Positions 48,561-59,940 of a stretch of 64,000 nucleotides of DNA are shown one piece after another. The translations under genes were made by a program, and so were the position numbers. Under the pieces are notes generated by a model that was not told the origin of the DNA, ran no database searches, and saw only the letters and a program-made list of their open reading frames with translations. The DNA is from Bryobacterales bacterium (lineage in GTDB: Bacteria > Acidobacteriota > Terriglobia > Bryobacterales > UBA6623), in contig CBDFJA010000002.1 in the NCBI GenBank assembly GCA_965248365.1, positions 892,659 to 956,658 of the forward strand. Reading direction: 5' to 3'. The number at the start of each line of letters is the position of its first letter. The stretch's first letter is position 1.

Positions 48561-49516
48561 AGACTCTTTCTTAATTCGGGGTTCAACAAGCTCTGCACTT
48601 TGGGATCCTTAAGATCGTCGGCGGTGATTACGCGCGCGGGCGAGTAGATCAGCTTTTCGGGCGTTTCGCCGTTGAGCTTCTGAACGATCGTTTCGACGCC
48701 GATATAGCCGATTTTATAGGGATCTTGCACGATCAGGGCGTCGATCGCCCCACTGGCGAGGCCTTCTTGCAGTACCGGGCTGCCGTCAAAGCCGAGCAGC
48801 TTGACCTTGCCGACCATATTCCGCGACTCGAGCGCTCGGGCCACCCCGACCGTTCCCGCTTCGCTAGAGCAGAAAATGGCCTTCAGCTCGGGATGGGATG
48901 TCAGGAAATCTTCCGCCACCGCCAGCGCGCGCGCTCGATCGGACATACAGAACTGCTCGGCCACGATTTCGATCCCGGTGTAGGTTTCGGCGACAGCTTC
49001 GTGAAACCCAATTTCGCGATTCCCCGTTGACGCGCTTCCTGGAACGTGCTTCATGAGAGCGATGGGGCCCGGCCCTCCCAGCATTTCCCAAAGGGTTTTG
49101 GCGGCCAGCTTCCCGGCCCCCAGGTTGTCGGTAGCGACAAAAGTGACGTAATTGTCGCTGTCGATCCCGGAATCGAAGATGGTAACGGGAATCCCGACCT
49201 TCGCTGCGCGTTCGACAACCCCCACCAGAGCCGTGCTTTCCGCCGGAGACAGTACGATGCCGTCGACCCGGCGGTTGATCATCGAATCGACGATCTGGAT
49301 CTGGCGTGCGAATTCGGTTTCCTGAGGCGGCCCATTCCACAGGATATCGACATCGAAGTCTCGCCCGGCCGCCATCACGCCGGCGTAAACGGACTGCCAA
49401 AAGACCGATGAGGTGCCCTTGGGCGCCACGCCGATAATCCTCTTACGGGAGCGTTCGCATCCTACGGTCGCCCCCAGCAAGAGCGGCAGAGCGCCGAGCA
49501 AAGTTCGTCGATTCAT
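48557..49516 (-). CDS. Sugar ABC substrate-binding lipoprotein (RbsB-like)
   Basis: MNRRTLL..TVGC lipobox, FWQSV, FVATDN..AG, VQDPYKIGY. Confidence 0.9.
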   Translation of the reverse strand: MNRRTLLGALPLLLGATVGCERSRKRIIGVAPKGTSSVFWQSVYAGVMAAGRDFDVDILWNGPPQETEFARQIQIVDSMINRRVDGIVLSPAESTALVGVVERAAKVGIPVTIFDSGIDSDNYVTFVATDNLGAGKLAAKTLWEMLGGPGPIALMKHVPGSASTGNREIGFHEAVAETYTGIEIVAEQFCMSDRARALAVAEDFLTSHPELKAIFCSSEAGTVGVARALESRNMVGKVKLLGFDGSPVLQEGLASGAIDALIVQDPYKIGYIGVETIVQKLNGETPEKLIYSPARVITADDLKDPKVQSLLNPELRKSL

Positions 49517-49697
49517 CGTCGCGGCTTGTGAATCATACGGTTCAACGGGTGGTCTCATCATATCGGCGTTTCGGCGAAAAATCGGGTACGGCCAGCCAAT
49601 TCACGCTTCAGGTTAAGTGCTTCGTTTCTAGGGCTATGACGGGGGGCGAATTGGTGGCAATCCCCATTTTTCGCTGCTGCACGACTTTCGCCCTGTG

Positions 49698-50876
49698 CTA
49701 ATCCTTTCGCAGACTGGTCACTTCCTCCCAACTGCCGGTCTCCCATGAGCGGATCATCGCTGCCTGCACTCCGGCTACGGCGAGTGCTTCGGCGAAACCG
49801 GGCCGGCCTTGTTCGCCGGCAGCGACGGACTTCATAAACTCGAATGCCTCGATGACTTTTAGGTCATCGTAGCCGATGCCATTGGCGTCACCCGGTACGA
49901 AGTTAGCCTGATAAGGGTAGCGGTCGCTAATGAGTAGTCGGGTGTAGCCCTCGTGCATGCCGTCGTCGCCAGGCAGGTAAAGCTGAAGCTCGTTCAACTG
50001 CTCGTAGTTCCAGCTCAGGGCACCGGCCGTGCCGTAAACGTCGAAGGCGTTTTCACATTTTGGTCCGAAGATGGTCCTGGAAGACTCGAATGTTCCCTGG
50101 CAGCCATTTTCAAATTCGACGAGCGCCCCGGTGTAGTCCTCATTAGTTACTTCGCCGGTGGGGTCGTCGGGTTTTCCCAGCGAAAAGTGGGTGCCCCGGC
50201 CGGGAACCGGTAACGGCCGTTCCTTGATGAACGTGCGGCAGTCGCTCACGACGCGCTTGATCGGTCCCACCAAATAGTGCGCTAGATCAGTAACGTGTGA
50301 CGTCAAGTCGGCGAGCGTCCCGTAGCCGGCCAGTTTGCGGTCGAAGCGCCAGGTGAGCCGGCTGAGCGGGTTGCTGCCATACATAACAAGGAATCGTCCC
50401 CGGTAGTTGGTCAGCTCGCCCAGCTTGCCGTCCCGGATCAGTTGTCGAGCGTGCAATACCATCGGCGGCCAACGATAGTTGTAGCCCACGAAAGTGAGCA
50501 CACCCGCCTTGCGGGCGAGCGATTCGATTTCGGCCGTCTCCTCCGGATAGCGTCCTACGGGTTTTTCACAGAAAACGTGCTTGCCGGCCGCCGCCGCGGC
50601 GGCGACAATTTCCAGGTGCATTTGGTTCGGCGCGGTAATGTTGATGGCTTGGACTTCGGGGTGATCGACAACCCGCCGCCAGTCGGTAACCGCCTCGCCG
50701 AATCCCAAGGTGCTCTGAGCCTGCTTGGCGCGCGCTTCGACATCGTCCGCGCAAATCACAAGTCGAGGGTCGATGCCGCTTTCGGGAAAGCGCCTGGGGA
50801 TTTGAAGATACGACCGACTGTGCAGTTGTCCCATCCAGCCCATGCCGATTACGCCGATGCCGATCTTGCGGGTCAT
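49698..50876 (-). CDS. Gfo/Idh/MocA oxidoreductase
   Basis: [20 protein letters not shown]. Confidence 0.93.
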   Translation of the reverse strand: MTRKIGIGVIGMGWMGQLHSRSYLQIPRRFPESGIDPRLVICADDVEARAKQAQSTLGFGEAVTDWRRVVDHPEVQAINITAPNQMHLEIVAAAAAAGKHVFCEKPVGRYPEETAEIESLARKAGVLTFVGYNYRWPPMVLHARQLIRDGKLGELTNYRGRFLVMYGSNPLSRLTWRFDRKLAGYGTLADLTSHVTDLAHYLVGPIKRVVSDCRTFIKERPLPVPGRGTHFSLGKPDDPTGEVTNEDYTGALVEFENGCQGTFESSRTIFGPKCENAFDVYGTAGALSWNYEQLNELQLYLPGDDGMHEGYTRLLISDRYPYQANFVPGDANGIGYDDLKVIEAFEFMKSVAAGEQGRPGFAEALAVAGVQAAMIRSWETGSWEEVTSLRKD

Positions 50877-51004
50877 AGCTGTTGATGGTTCCTATCTATT
50901 CCGATCTCCTGGCCGCCCAGTGTACAACTGTGTTGCGATGGCGTGCAACGAGAAGGATCTCAACCGCATAGGCATCCCCCGCGCGCCGCGCCGGGTTACC
51001 ATAG

Positions 51005-52324
<1,320 letters not shown>

Positions 52325-52355
52325 AAGAAAGTGTAAACCCGCGGAATACCGAGTC

Positions 52356-52916
52356 ATGTCGAACCAACCGCTTGTTTGCAGTCTCGCCACGGGAGGAGTC
52401 AGCGCCAATTCCCCGGTGGCGAAGAGCGAGTTCGCTACCTCGCCGATGGAACGCCTTCGCATCCTCGAAGACCACGGGACGATCGCCATGGTCGGCCTCT
52501 CGTCGAACCCTTACCGGCCCAGCCATTTCGCTGCCATGTACCTGCTCGCCGAGGGCTACAACATCATTCCCGTGAACCCGCGCGAAAAGGAGATCCTCGG
52601 GCGGCGCTCCTATGCCTCGCTAAAAGAGATTCCCGAACCGGTGGAAGTCGTTGACATGTTCCGGCCGGCCGCGGAAGCGCCCCCACTGGTCGAGCAAGCC
52701 ATCGAAATCGGCGCCAAGGTCTTCTGGATGCAGTTCGGCGTCATCAACTACGAGGCCGCCAAGCGGGCGCGCGAGGCGGGTCTCCAAGTTGTCATGGACC
52801 AGTGCATGAAGGTCGAGCACGGCCGCTTCTTCGGCAACCTCGCCATCTTGGGTTTCAACACCGGCGTCATCTCCGCCCGCCGCTGGGATCCGAAAGCAGG
52901 GTCGAAGAAGAGGTAG
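52356..52916 (+). CDS. CoA-binding protein (YccU-like)
   Basis: TIAMVGLSSNPYRPS, IPVNP, VDMFR, WMQFGV. Confidence 0.9.
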   Translation: MSNQPLVCSLATGGVSANSPVAKSEFATSPMERLRILEDHGTIAMVGLSSNPYRPSHFAAMYLLAEGYNIIPVNPREKEILGRRSYASLKEIPEPVEVVDMFRPAAEAPPLVEQAIEIGAKVFWMQFGVINYEAAKRAREAGLQVVMDQCMKVEHGRFFGNLAILGFNTGVISARRWDPKAGSKKR

Positions 52917-53109
52917 GCGGCGGCTCGATTCCGACCGATTTCGGTGCTGTGAAGGAGTGGATCGGAGTGGTGTGGAAGGTCTGGTCGCCATACCACGGCA
53001 GCTTGGCGACCCTTGTCTTACGTCATCTCGCGTCGGACTAACGGGGATCGAGTGCCGTTGTGGGCGCCGAAGACGTCCTCGCCGGCCATCATGGACACGT
53101 TTCGAACCC

Positions 53110-53225
53110 TAGCCCGCATTTCTCACCACCTAACGGTCGAAGCACGCCATAGGCCCGTCATTACTGCGTTGCGCTTGCTCGCCGTGCTCAACGTACTTTC
53201 CCGGTCGGGCGCCGAACGTGGGTCG
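53110..53225 (+). mobile_element. MITE family M, left half (long-loop variant)
   Basis: Near-identical to 26131-26245, including tttcccggtcgggcgccgaacg. Confidence 0.85.
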
Positions 53226-53536
53226 ACTCCCCGTTGTTCGGCTTTACCGGAGAAGTATTCCCACACGCTTCGCTCAATCGAAACGGGCAAGAAGACCTTG
53301 CCGCCGGCCGGGATGTGATGGAGGCCTCGCACGCCCTTACTGAAGTCGATCTCCGCAGGCATCTCGTTATCTTCGACTGGTCGATTGTTCATAGACTCTC
53401 CTGGTAGTGGCGAATCTCGGCCTCTGTGGCTTCGCGGGCCGAGATGACGCGGACTTTTGTGGTCGCAGGATCGGACTCCGACCAGAGATAAACGACCGCC
53501 CACAGTCGGGCTTCGTCCCGGGCCGCGAAGACGTTC
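53226..53536 (-). pseudogene. 5'-truncated BrnT-like toxin plus 3'-truncated antitoxin
   Basis: VRVISAREATEAEIRHY, then ATGA-coupled MNNRPVEDNEMPAEIDFSKGVRG. Bounded by the tRNA CCA end and the MITE. Confidence 0.75.
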
Positions 53537-53610
53537 TGGCTGGCCGGGGAGGATTCGAACCTCCATTCCAGGCTCCAAAGGCCCGTGTCCTGCCATTGGA
53601 CGACCGGCCA
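53537..53610 (-). tRNA. tRNA-Gln (anticodon TTG)
   Basis: TGGCCGGTCGTCCAATGGCAGGACACGGGCCTTTGGAGCCTGGAATGGAGGTTCGAATCCTCCCCGGCCAGCCA; cloverleaf, TTCGAAT T-loop, CCA end. Confidence 0.97.
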
Positions 53611-53810
53611 GCGACTTTTTCTTAACATAGCACGGGACCCCGCCAGAGCCTTCCGTCGCGAAGATTCGTCTGTGATGGAGGGTTTCCCGGTTGCCGGGCG
53701 TTTGGCGGAGTGAAGAATTCAGCCTCTAACTGGGTGATGCGGTTTCCGGTGGCACGCCTATCTTGCCGAGCGGGCGGGGCCACCTTTGAGGCAGAGTTTG
53801 ACTTGTCCCT

Positions 53811-53920
53811 GACGTGGCGCACGCATTCTTGCGTGCCGTGTCGCCATTCCTGGCGACATCGCCGGGAGGCCTGCGCCACATCGCGGCCCGACACAGCACG
53901 CTGAAAGCGTCCGCCACGTC
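53811..53920. repeat. REP-like element family B, copy 2
   Basis: gacgtggcgcacgc ... gcgtccgccacgtc; shares motifs with 15074-15205. Confidence 0.75.
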
Positions 53921-53945
53921 AGTATGTGATCGGCTTGACAGTCCC

Positions 53946-55307
53946 TCACCCCAGCCGTTGCAACACCGAGTACCCCATCATAACCGCCGTGATGACGGAG
54001 GCAACCCACAGCGCCAGTGTGATCCATCCTTTGGGAACCAGTTTCTCGGGGAGATGAACGTACCGCAGATAAAGAGTTGAGAACCCAACAATGGGAAGCA
54101 TCAGAGCCTGCGCGATGCCGCCGATTGTTACCAGCATAACGGGCTCGGGCAAAAGGAAGTAGTAGATCACGGGCACGAACAGTACAAACCCGATGAAAAG
54201 TTGTGTCGCACGGCGGCGCGACCGATAGTTGCGCCGATCATAGACTCCGAGTAGGCCGACGAAGTCGGCGTAGACCCGGGCGGTGGCCGCGCTTCCGGCA
54301 AAGACGGATGAGTATAAGACAGCGACGGCGCCGGCCAGAAAAACGTACAGCGACCAGCCGCCGAGCGTCTCGGTGTAGATGTTCGAGAGGATCGCGATCG
54401 TCTCGGCGCCTCTGGGGACGACGTCCAGCCCGTGCAGCACTCCTGCCCCGAGCAGGTAAAACGCGATCGTCGCGAAGGTGTAAACGAACATCGAGCAGAG
54501 AACGTCCACGCCCATCACCTTGACCCATCCGCGAGATCGGCTTAGCCAGGCCGGCGTGTCGTCGCGGGGTCCCGCGAAGCGGGCATACCCTTTCTCGATG
54601 CACCAGTAGGGATACATCACCAAATCGGACGATCCCACTCCCGTAATGCCGAATACCGCAACGGCAATACCCAGGCCGCCGATCGGCAAATGGAACATCA
54701 AGCCGTCAACCATCTGGGGCCAGGAAAAGTATTCCGGTTTCATCCCCAACAGGACCGCGGCGCTGACCGTTAGGGCGGTAAAGATGACCACCAATCCCAC
54801 GGAAACCTTTTCCACCAGGCCGTAGCGGCCAATCACCAAGACGACGAGCGTTACGATCGTCACCACCCAAACCCAGGCGCCGATCGTCACTGCGGGCACG
54901 ATTCGATTCAGCACCTCGGCGATGCCGGCAAACATGCCGCTGATGGTCATCAAAGTCGTCGTTTGCATAAGAAACCAGATCCATACTACCCACGAAACCC
55001 GGAAACGCGGTCCCGGGACGCGGTCGAGCCCTTCCAGCCCGGTTTTGCCGGTGGCCACCGTGTAGCGGCCGATTTCGCTCTGGACAATGACCTTGATCAC
55101 GCAACTCAGCACAACGAGCCACAGCAAGCGGTAACCGTTCTCGGCCCCGAGGACGGTAGTAGCGATGAGTTCGCCCGTTCCGACGACGGCGCTGGCGATG
55201 ATCAGTCCCGGTCCGATCCAACGGAGAACGTCTCGAAAGGCAATGGGCGGGGTCTGAACGCTTTCAGGACGAAGCTCGTAGGGATTGTCTACAGTTTCGC
55301 TTGGCAT
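53946..55307 (-). CDS. Nramp-like (YcsG-type) transporter
   Basis: IGPGLIIASAVVGTGELIATT, EIGRYT..TG, YPYWCIEKG. Confidence 0.85.
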   Translation of the reverse strand: MPSETVDNPYELRPESVQTPPIAFRDVLRWIGPGLIIASAVVGTGELIATTVLGAENGYRLLWLVVLSCVIKVIVQSEIGRYTVATGKTGLEGLDRVPGPRFRVSWVVWIWFLMQTTTLMTISGMFAGIAEVLNRIVPAVTIGAWVWVVTIVTLVVLVIGRYGLVEKVSVGLVVIFTALTVSAAVLLGMKPEYFSWPQMVDGLMFHLPIGGLGIAVAVFGITGVGSSDLVMYPYWCIEKGYARFAGPRDDTPAWLSRSRGWVKVMGVDVLCSMFVYTFATIAFYLLGAGVLHGLDVVPRGAETIAILSNIYTETLGGWSLYVFLAGAVAVLYSSVFAGSAATARVYADFVGLLGVYDRRNYRSRRRATQLFIGFVLFVPVIYYFLLPEPVMLVTIGGIAQALMLPIVGFSTLYLRYVHLPEKLVPKGWITLALWVASVITAVMMGYSVLQRLG

Positions 55308-55502
55308 GGAGCGGGGCCGCTGCGAGGCAAGTCGGGAGAAATGCCGTTCGACGAGCGTAACAGTAGCAGCCGGTTCGTATGTCGCGCAAGGCTTCGCCGA
55401 GCTGGAGCCGCCGAAGCAGGGAGACCGCGGACGCGACACATGGTTCTCCCGGAAACGATCCACTTTTGCCCGCGCAGTTCAATGTATAAATGAACATATG
55501 CA

Positions 55503-56135
55503 ATGGAGGGGGAGAAGCCTGATGCGATCCGAGAGAAGCTCGCCGGCTGCACGGGTTTCGAATGGGATAGCGCGAACACCGGAAAGATTTGGAAGAAACA
55601 TCGCGTCACGCCGAACGAGTGTGAGCAAGTCTTCTTTCACTTGCCCCTCGTGCTGGACCACGACGCGGGTCGCTCTCAGGCCGAACGCAGATCTTACGGA
55701 CTGGGCGTGACAGATGTCGGACGCCTGCTGTTTGTCGTATTCACCCTGTGGCGCGATCGGATCCGTGTGATCTCAGCGAGGGACATGAGTCGAAAGGATA
55801 AGGAGGATCTACGAGTCATCGTGAAGAAAAGAGCGCCGAAACTTAAGTCGGAGCAGGCGGAACGCGACTTTTGGGCCGGCAGGGACTCGTCTGAATACCT
55901 TGACTGGCGCAAGGCGAGACGAGTCGTTTTTCCTGAACTCCGTCCCTCGTTAAAGACGATCTCCCTGCGAGTTCCCGAATCTATGCTGGAAGAGCTGAAA
56001 CTGCTTGCCCATCAGAGAGATGTCCCGTACCAGTCGTTGATGAAGGTGTTCCTGGCCGAGCGAATCGAGCAGGAGCTTGATCGCCGGCCGCGCGGTCAAA
56101 AGGTTGCCGCGGTAGGCAAGCCCGCTCGCGGTTAG
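55503..56135 (+). CDS. BrnT toxin and BrnA/CopG-like antitoxin, read as one fused ORF
   Basis: FEWD..N..KHRV..ECEQVF, IRVISARDM; then ERDFW..DSSEYLDW, TISLRVP, VPYQSLMK. Confidence 0.85.
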   Translation: MEGEKPDAIREKLAGCTGFEWDSANTGKIWKKHRVTPNECEQVFFHLPLVLDHDAGRSQAERRSYGLGVTDVGRLLFVVFTLWRDRIRVISARDMSRKDKEDLRVIVKKRAPKLKSEQAERDFWAGRDSSEYLDWRKARRVVFPELRPSLKTISLRVPESMLEELKLLAHQRDVPYQSLMKVFLAERIEQELDRRPRGQKVAAVGKPARG

Positions 56136-56170
56136 CCCGCGTTTATCACCAGGCGGCGACAAGAGCGGGA

Positions 56171-57337
56171 TCAAGCGGCTCCCTCGCCCAACGCAGATCC
56201 TTCCGGGCGAGTCTCCCGGTAGCTCTCTCGGGCCAGCGCGATGAGGAGCACCACGATCGCCAGCGGAGGGACCGCCCCGTAAGGCTTGCCGAGAATAGCG
56301 ATGAAATAGGGTATCGGAACAAGCAAGGCGAAGGCGGCGAAGCGCGAAAAAGAGCTCTTCGACACAAACATGACCAACCACAACGGTAAGAGGAGGAAAG
56401 ATGCGTCGTATCGAAACACGTGCGGCGCGATCAACAGAGACCCCGCCAGCGCCGCTGCCAGTGACCGCCAGTAGGGTGCTTTCCGCACCGCCATGCCGGT
56501 CAGCGCGAGCGTCAAAACAACCAGTACGCCCGAAAACAGGGGGGAGTCGATATTCAGGTTCTCTCCGATGGCATAGATGTTGATCATCAGCGCCGGCAGC
56601 GGCGAAAGCGCCTCGATGTCCTTGGCGGTCAGCAGTGCAACGTAGAGTTGCATTCCTTGGATGCCGCTCAGCAAGGCGCACAGCACGACTTCCACGATCG
56701 CGGCGGCGCCAAAGCCGAACAGCATTCTGTTCTGTCTACGGAGGAGCATGGCCGGCGGCAGCAGAAGCAGCAGATGGAATTTTTGCAGAGCCAGCCCGAG
56801 GACGGCGCCGCTCCAGAAGGGTTTCCCTCGTTCGGCCAAAACGTAAGAGCCGATCAGAATCAGCAGCATCACCGAAGAATCCTGGCCGCTGGAGATCCCA
56901 TGAGCAGTAGGGAAATAAAGGGCGCTGAAGACGAGCGCGTCGGAACCGAACTTCCGAGAGGCCCAGAGCCAGCATCCGACCAGCAACAAGGATTGCAACA
57001 ACAGCCAGCACCAAAGGGCGGTCTCGTAGGGAATCAGCGACAGCGGAGCCAATAAAGCCGCGTAAAACGCCGGTCGCACGAAGGGAATCAGCTTCGCCGT
57101 CTCGGGGAGGAGTTTTTTCTCTCTGCTGAGCTGGACTTGCTGGTCGTAGAGTTCCGCGAAACGGCCTTCCCGAGCCAGCGACGAACCCGTGTAGATGTTC
57201 AGAAAGTCGTGCTGGCGCGCCCGATAGACGTCCATCGCGCCCTGGACGGCCCAGAAGACAATAAGCCCGCCGACGAAAACCAGCGTCCCGACGGGGATGC
57301 GACGAGTCGCCGGCCCAGTTGAGGGTTCCTTCGGCAC
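56171..57337 (-). CDS. Glycosyltransferase family 87 (DUF2029) membrane protein
   Basis: DFLNIYTG, PFVRPAFYA, GQDS, KFHL, PHVFRYD. Confidence 0.85.
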   Translation of the reverse strand: MPKEPSTGPATRRIPVGTLVFVGGLIVFWAVQGAMDVYRARQHDFLNIYTGSSLAREGRFAELYDQQVQLSREKKLLPETAKLIPFVRPAFYAALLAPLSLIPYETALWCWLLLQSLLLVGCWLWASRKFGSDALVFSALYFPTAHGISSGQDSSVMLLILIGSYVLAERGKPFWSGAVLGLALQKFHLLLLLPPAMLLRRQNRMLFGFGAAAIVEVVLCALLSGIQGMQLYVALLTAKDIEALSPLPALMINIYAIGENLNIDSPLFSGVLVVLTLALTGMAVRKAPYWRSLAAALAGSLLIAPHVFRYDASFLLLPLWLVMFVSKSSFSRFAAFALLVPIPYFIAILGKPYGAVPPLAIVVLLIALARESYRETRPEGSALGEGAA

Positions 57338-57611
57338 GTCTCCCTAGGCTAGCAGGGCCCGACTCCGTCTCGGTCCCGGAGTCGGCCAACCCGGATTCCC
57401 GTGCAAGGCGTGGTGAAAATCACGGCCGTGCGTCTTATCGGGGGCCAGCGGGCCAGCGGTGCACCAGCCCGGCGGGGGGTCCATTCGGTATCATTGAAGG
57501 GATATTTGCTTCGAAAGGGTGTTTGCTTCCCCCTTGTGTCGCGCGTGAGACGCAATCATCATCGATCAAAGAGTTGGCCCAACGCTCTAGGGTTGTTCAG
57601 GGAGGGGCGCC

Positions 57612-58151
57612 ATGTACTACGCCGACGTAGATTCACCGGCGGGCCGCATACACTTGTTGGCCACGGAACGCGGCCTTGCCGCGCTCTACTTCGATCGCCA
57701 AAACGAAGAAATGGAGCGCCGCTTTCCGTTGGAAACGAGAAAGCCCGGCCGTGGCAACCTTTGGCTGTTGCGCGCCGAAGCTTTCACGTATTGCTACTTT
57801 GCCGGCGACCTGGATTTCTCCCCCGAGATTCCGTTTGATTCGCCCGCGACGGCCTTCCAACGTTCCGTTTGGGAGACGCTTAGGACGATTCCCCCGGCTT
57901 CGACGCTGAGCTACGCCGAGGTAGCGGCGCGGGTCGGCAACCCGCGTGCGTCTCGCGCCGTTGGCGCGGCTGTGGGTCAGAACCCGCTGGCTTTGGTCAT
58001 CCCCTGTCATCGAGTGGTCGGGTCGGCGGGAGAGCTGACCGGCTACGCCGGCGGCCTTGCGGTCAAGCAATTCCTTCTCGATCACGAGAAGAAGCATGTT
58101 CACGGGGACTCGGTAAGAACCTTGGCGACCGCCGAGACTGTGTCACGCTAG
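57612..58151 (+). CDS. ogt: Methylated-DNA--protein-cysteine methyltransferase
   Basis: TAFQRSVW, RAVGAA, IPCHRV, GYAGG. Confidence 0.95.
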   Translation: MYYADVDSPAGRIHLLATERGLAALYFDRQNEEMERRFPLETRKPGRGNLWLLRAEAFTYCYFAGDLDFSPEIPFDSPATAFQRSVWETLRTIPPASTLSYAEVAARVGNPRASRAVGAAVGQNPLALVIPCHRVVGSAGELTGYAGGLAVKQFLLDHEKKHVHGDSVRTLATAETVSR

Positions 58152-58323
58152 CGCTTGGAATAAGCCGCGTTGGGTCCAAGCTGGAGTCAAGACATCTGTT
58201 CACACTGCTGAAAACCGCCCCGCCAAGTGGCCAAGAACACCTCGGGGTACGACACCTTGCCTAAGTCCGCGCCAGAAATGCCGGCTGGATTGACTTCAAC
58301 GCTCGGGAAATCGAGGAGCGCCG

Positions 58324-59721
58324 ATGGACCCTAAGACCCCGGCATTTGTAACATGGCTGCTTGTCTGCTGTGTCTTGTCATCATGCGGCCGGGACAGCCT
58401 CCCGGAGCGCGACTTCGAACGAGTCGTCCATTCCGGCCCGACCGCGGCGCCGTTGCTGATCATTGGCGTCGACGGGCTCGAGTGGAGCGTGATTCTTGCC
58501 ATGCTCCGAGACGGGTCTCTTCCCCATCTGGCTCGGTTCATGCGGCAGGGCGTCTATGGGCGGTTGAACACGTTGCGAAACCCAAGATCGCCCATTGTCT
58601 GGACCTCGGTGGCAACGGGGAAAATCCCCGCCAAACATGGCATCGCCGCCTTCACTCGCCGAGACGATGAAGGTAATCAGCGACTCTATAACAACGGAGA
58701 TCGCAAGACCAAAGCAGTGTGGAACATCCTTTCCGATTACGGTAAGCGCGTGGCCGTGATCGGTTGGTGGATGACCTACCCGGTCGAGGAGATCAACGGA
58801 ATCATGGTTGCGCAAACTAACACGTTAGGGGGAGTGCCTATCAAGGGGAGACTGATCGAAGGCTTGCCGGGACAGGTCTGGCCGGCGGTCGAGCAAAGCG
58901 AGATAATGGCCCTGCTCAAACGGTCGCACGAGGGGTTGCCCGACCTGACCAACGAGATCTTTGGCCCTTTCCCCTACCCGCTGAGGAAACTTAGCAAAAA
59001 GCTCTGGGCGGACTGCCAATGGTCGTTTCGGGCCGACGCAACCTATGCGAGGATCGCCCGAAGGCTGATCGAAAGGGAAAGGCCGTTTGACTTGATGATG
59101 GTCTATTTTGGTGGGCCGGACGTGGTGGGCCACCGCTTCTGGCGTCATATGCAGCCGGAACTATACGATCATCCGCCGTCACGGAAGGAGATCGCAAACC
59201 TTGGCGACGTCATAACCGACTACTATGCCTACATTGACCGCTCGGTGGGAGTGCTAACAGATGCTCTCGGGCCCGATGGATCGGTGATAATCATTTCCGA
59301 CCATGGGATGCAACCTCGAGGTCTCAAGTTTGATGCGACCAAAGCTTCCAGGCTGCGATTTTCCGGAGGCCATGGCGGATGGTCTCCGGGCGTGATCATG
59401 GCGGCCGGTTCGAGGATTCGTCACACTCCGGGGCGCGAGACGCCCGGGGACCTGAGGCGGGACGATCTGCGCCCCCTTGGGTCGATATACGACATCGCCC
59501 CAACCATCCTGACTTGGATGCGGATTCCCTTGGGCCGCGACATGGATGGCCACCCCCTGGTTCGGCTGGCGGCTGAGGATTTTGACATTTCGAACCAGCC
59601 GAAGACTGTCTCGACCCACGACACGCGCGCCTTTTTGGCCTCTCGACCAACGCTCAGAATGGATGCTGCCTCCCATAGCGAGCGCCTGGAGCAACTCCGC
59701 AGTCTCGGCTATATCAACTAG
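58324..59721 (+). CDS. Alkaline phosphatase superfamily / phosphodiesterase lipoprotein
   Basis: IIGVDGLEW, SPIVWTSVATGK, DVVGH, ISDHG, DIAPT, LRSLGYI. Confidence 0.88.
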   Translation: MDPKTPAFVTWLLVCCVLSSCGRDSLPERDFERVVHSGPTAAPLLIIGVDGLEWSVILAMLRDGSLPHLARFMRQGVYGRLNTLRNPRSPIVWTSVATGKIPAKHGIAAFTRRDDEGNQRLYNNGDRKTKAVWNILSDYGKRVAVIGWWMTYPVEEINGIMVAQTNTLGGVPIKGRLIEGLPGQVWPAVEQSEIMALLKRSHEGLPDLTNEIFGPFPYPLRKLSKKLWADCQWSFRADATYARIARRLIERERPFDLMMVYFGGPDVVGHRFWRHMQPELYDHPPSRKEIANLGDVITDYYAYIDRSVGVLTDALGPDGSVIIISDHGMQPRGLKFDATKASRLRFSGGHGGWSPGVIMAAGSRIRHTPGRETPGDLRRDDLRPLGSIYDIAPTILTWMRIPLGRDMDGHPLVRLAAEDFDISNQPKTVSTHDTRAFLASRPTLRMDAASHSERLEQLRSLGYIN

Positions 59722-59741
59722 TATTACGGCCACATAAGTAC

Positions 59742-59940
59742 TAGACCGCTTTTCTCGCCACGTCGATGGCGAGGTGATAATGAGTGGCCCGTCAGCACCA
59801 GGAGCGCGCCGCTTGGCGACTCATTTTCTGAGGGATGCGAGCGTACTTGAACCCTACGTTGAGCACGGTGAGCAAGCGCAACGAAGTAATGACGGACCTA
59901 TGGCGTGCTTCGGCCGTCAGATGGTGAAAAAATCGGGCTA
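59742..59940 (-). mobile_element. MITE family M, full copy 3 (inverted, diverged), CTAG at both ends
   Basis: ctagaccgcttttctcgccac ... ggtgaaaaaatcgggctag; internal motifs match the reverse complement of copy 1. Confidence 0.82.

Noticed and set aside
53123-53596. 157-aa ORF spanning the tRNA
   Set aside because: Chimera of tRNA, TA remnant and MITE; not a real gene.
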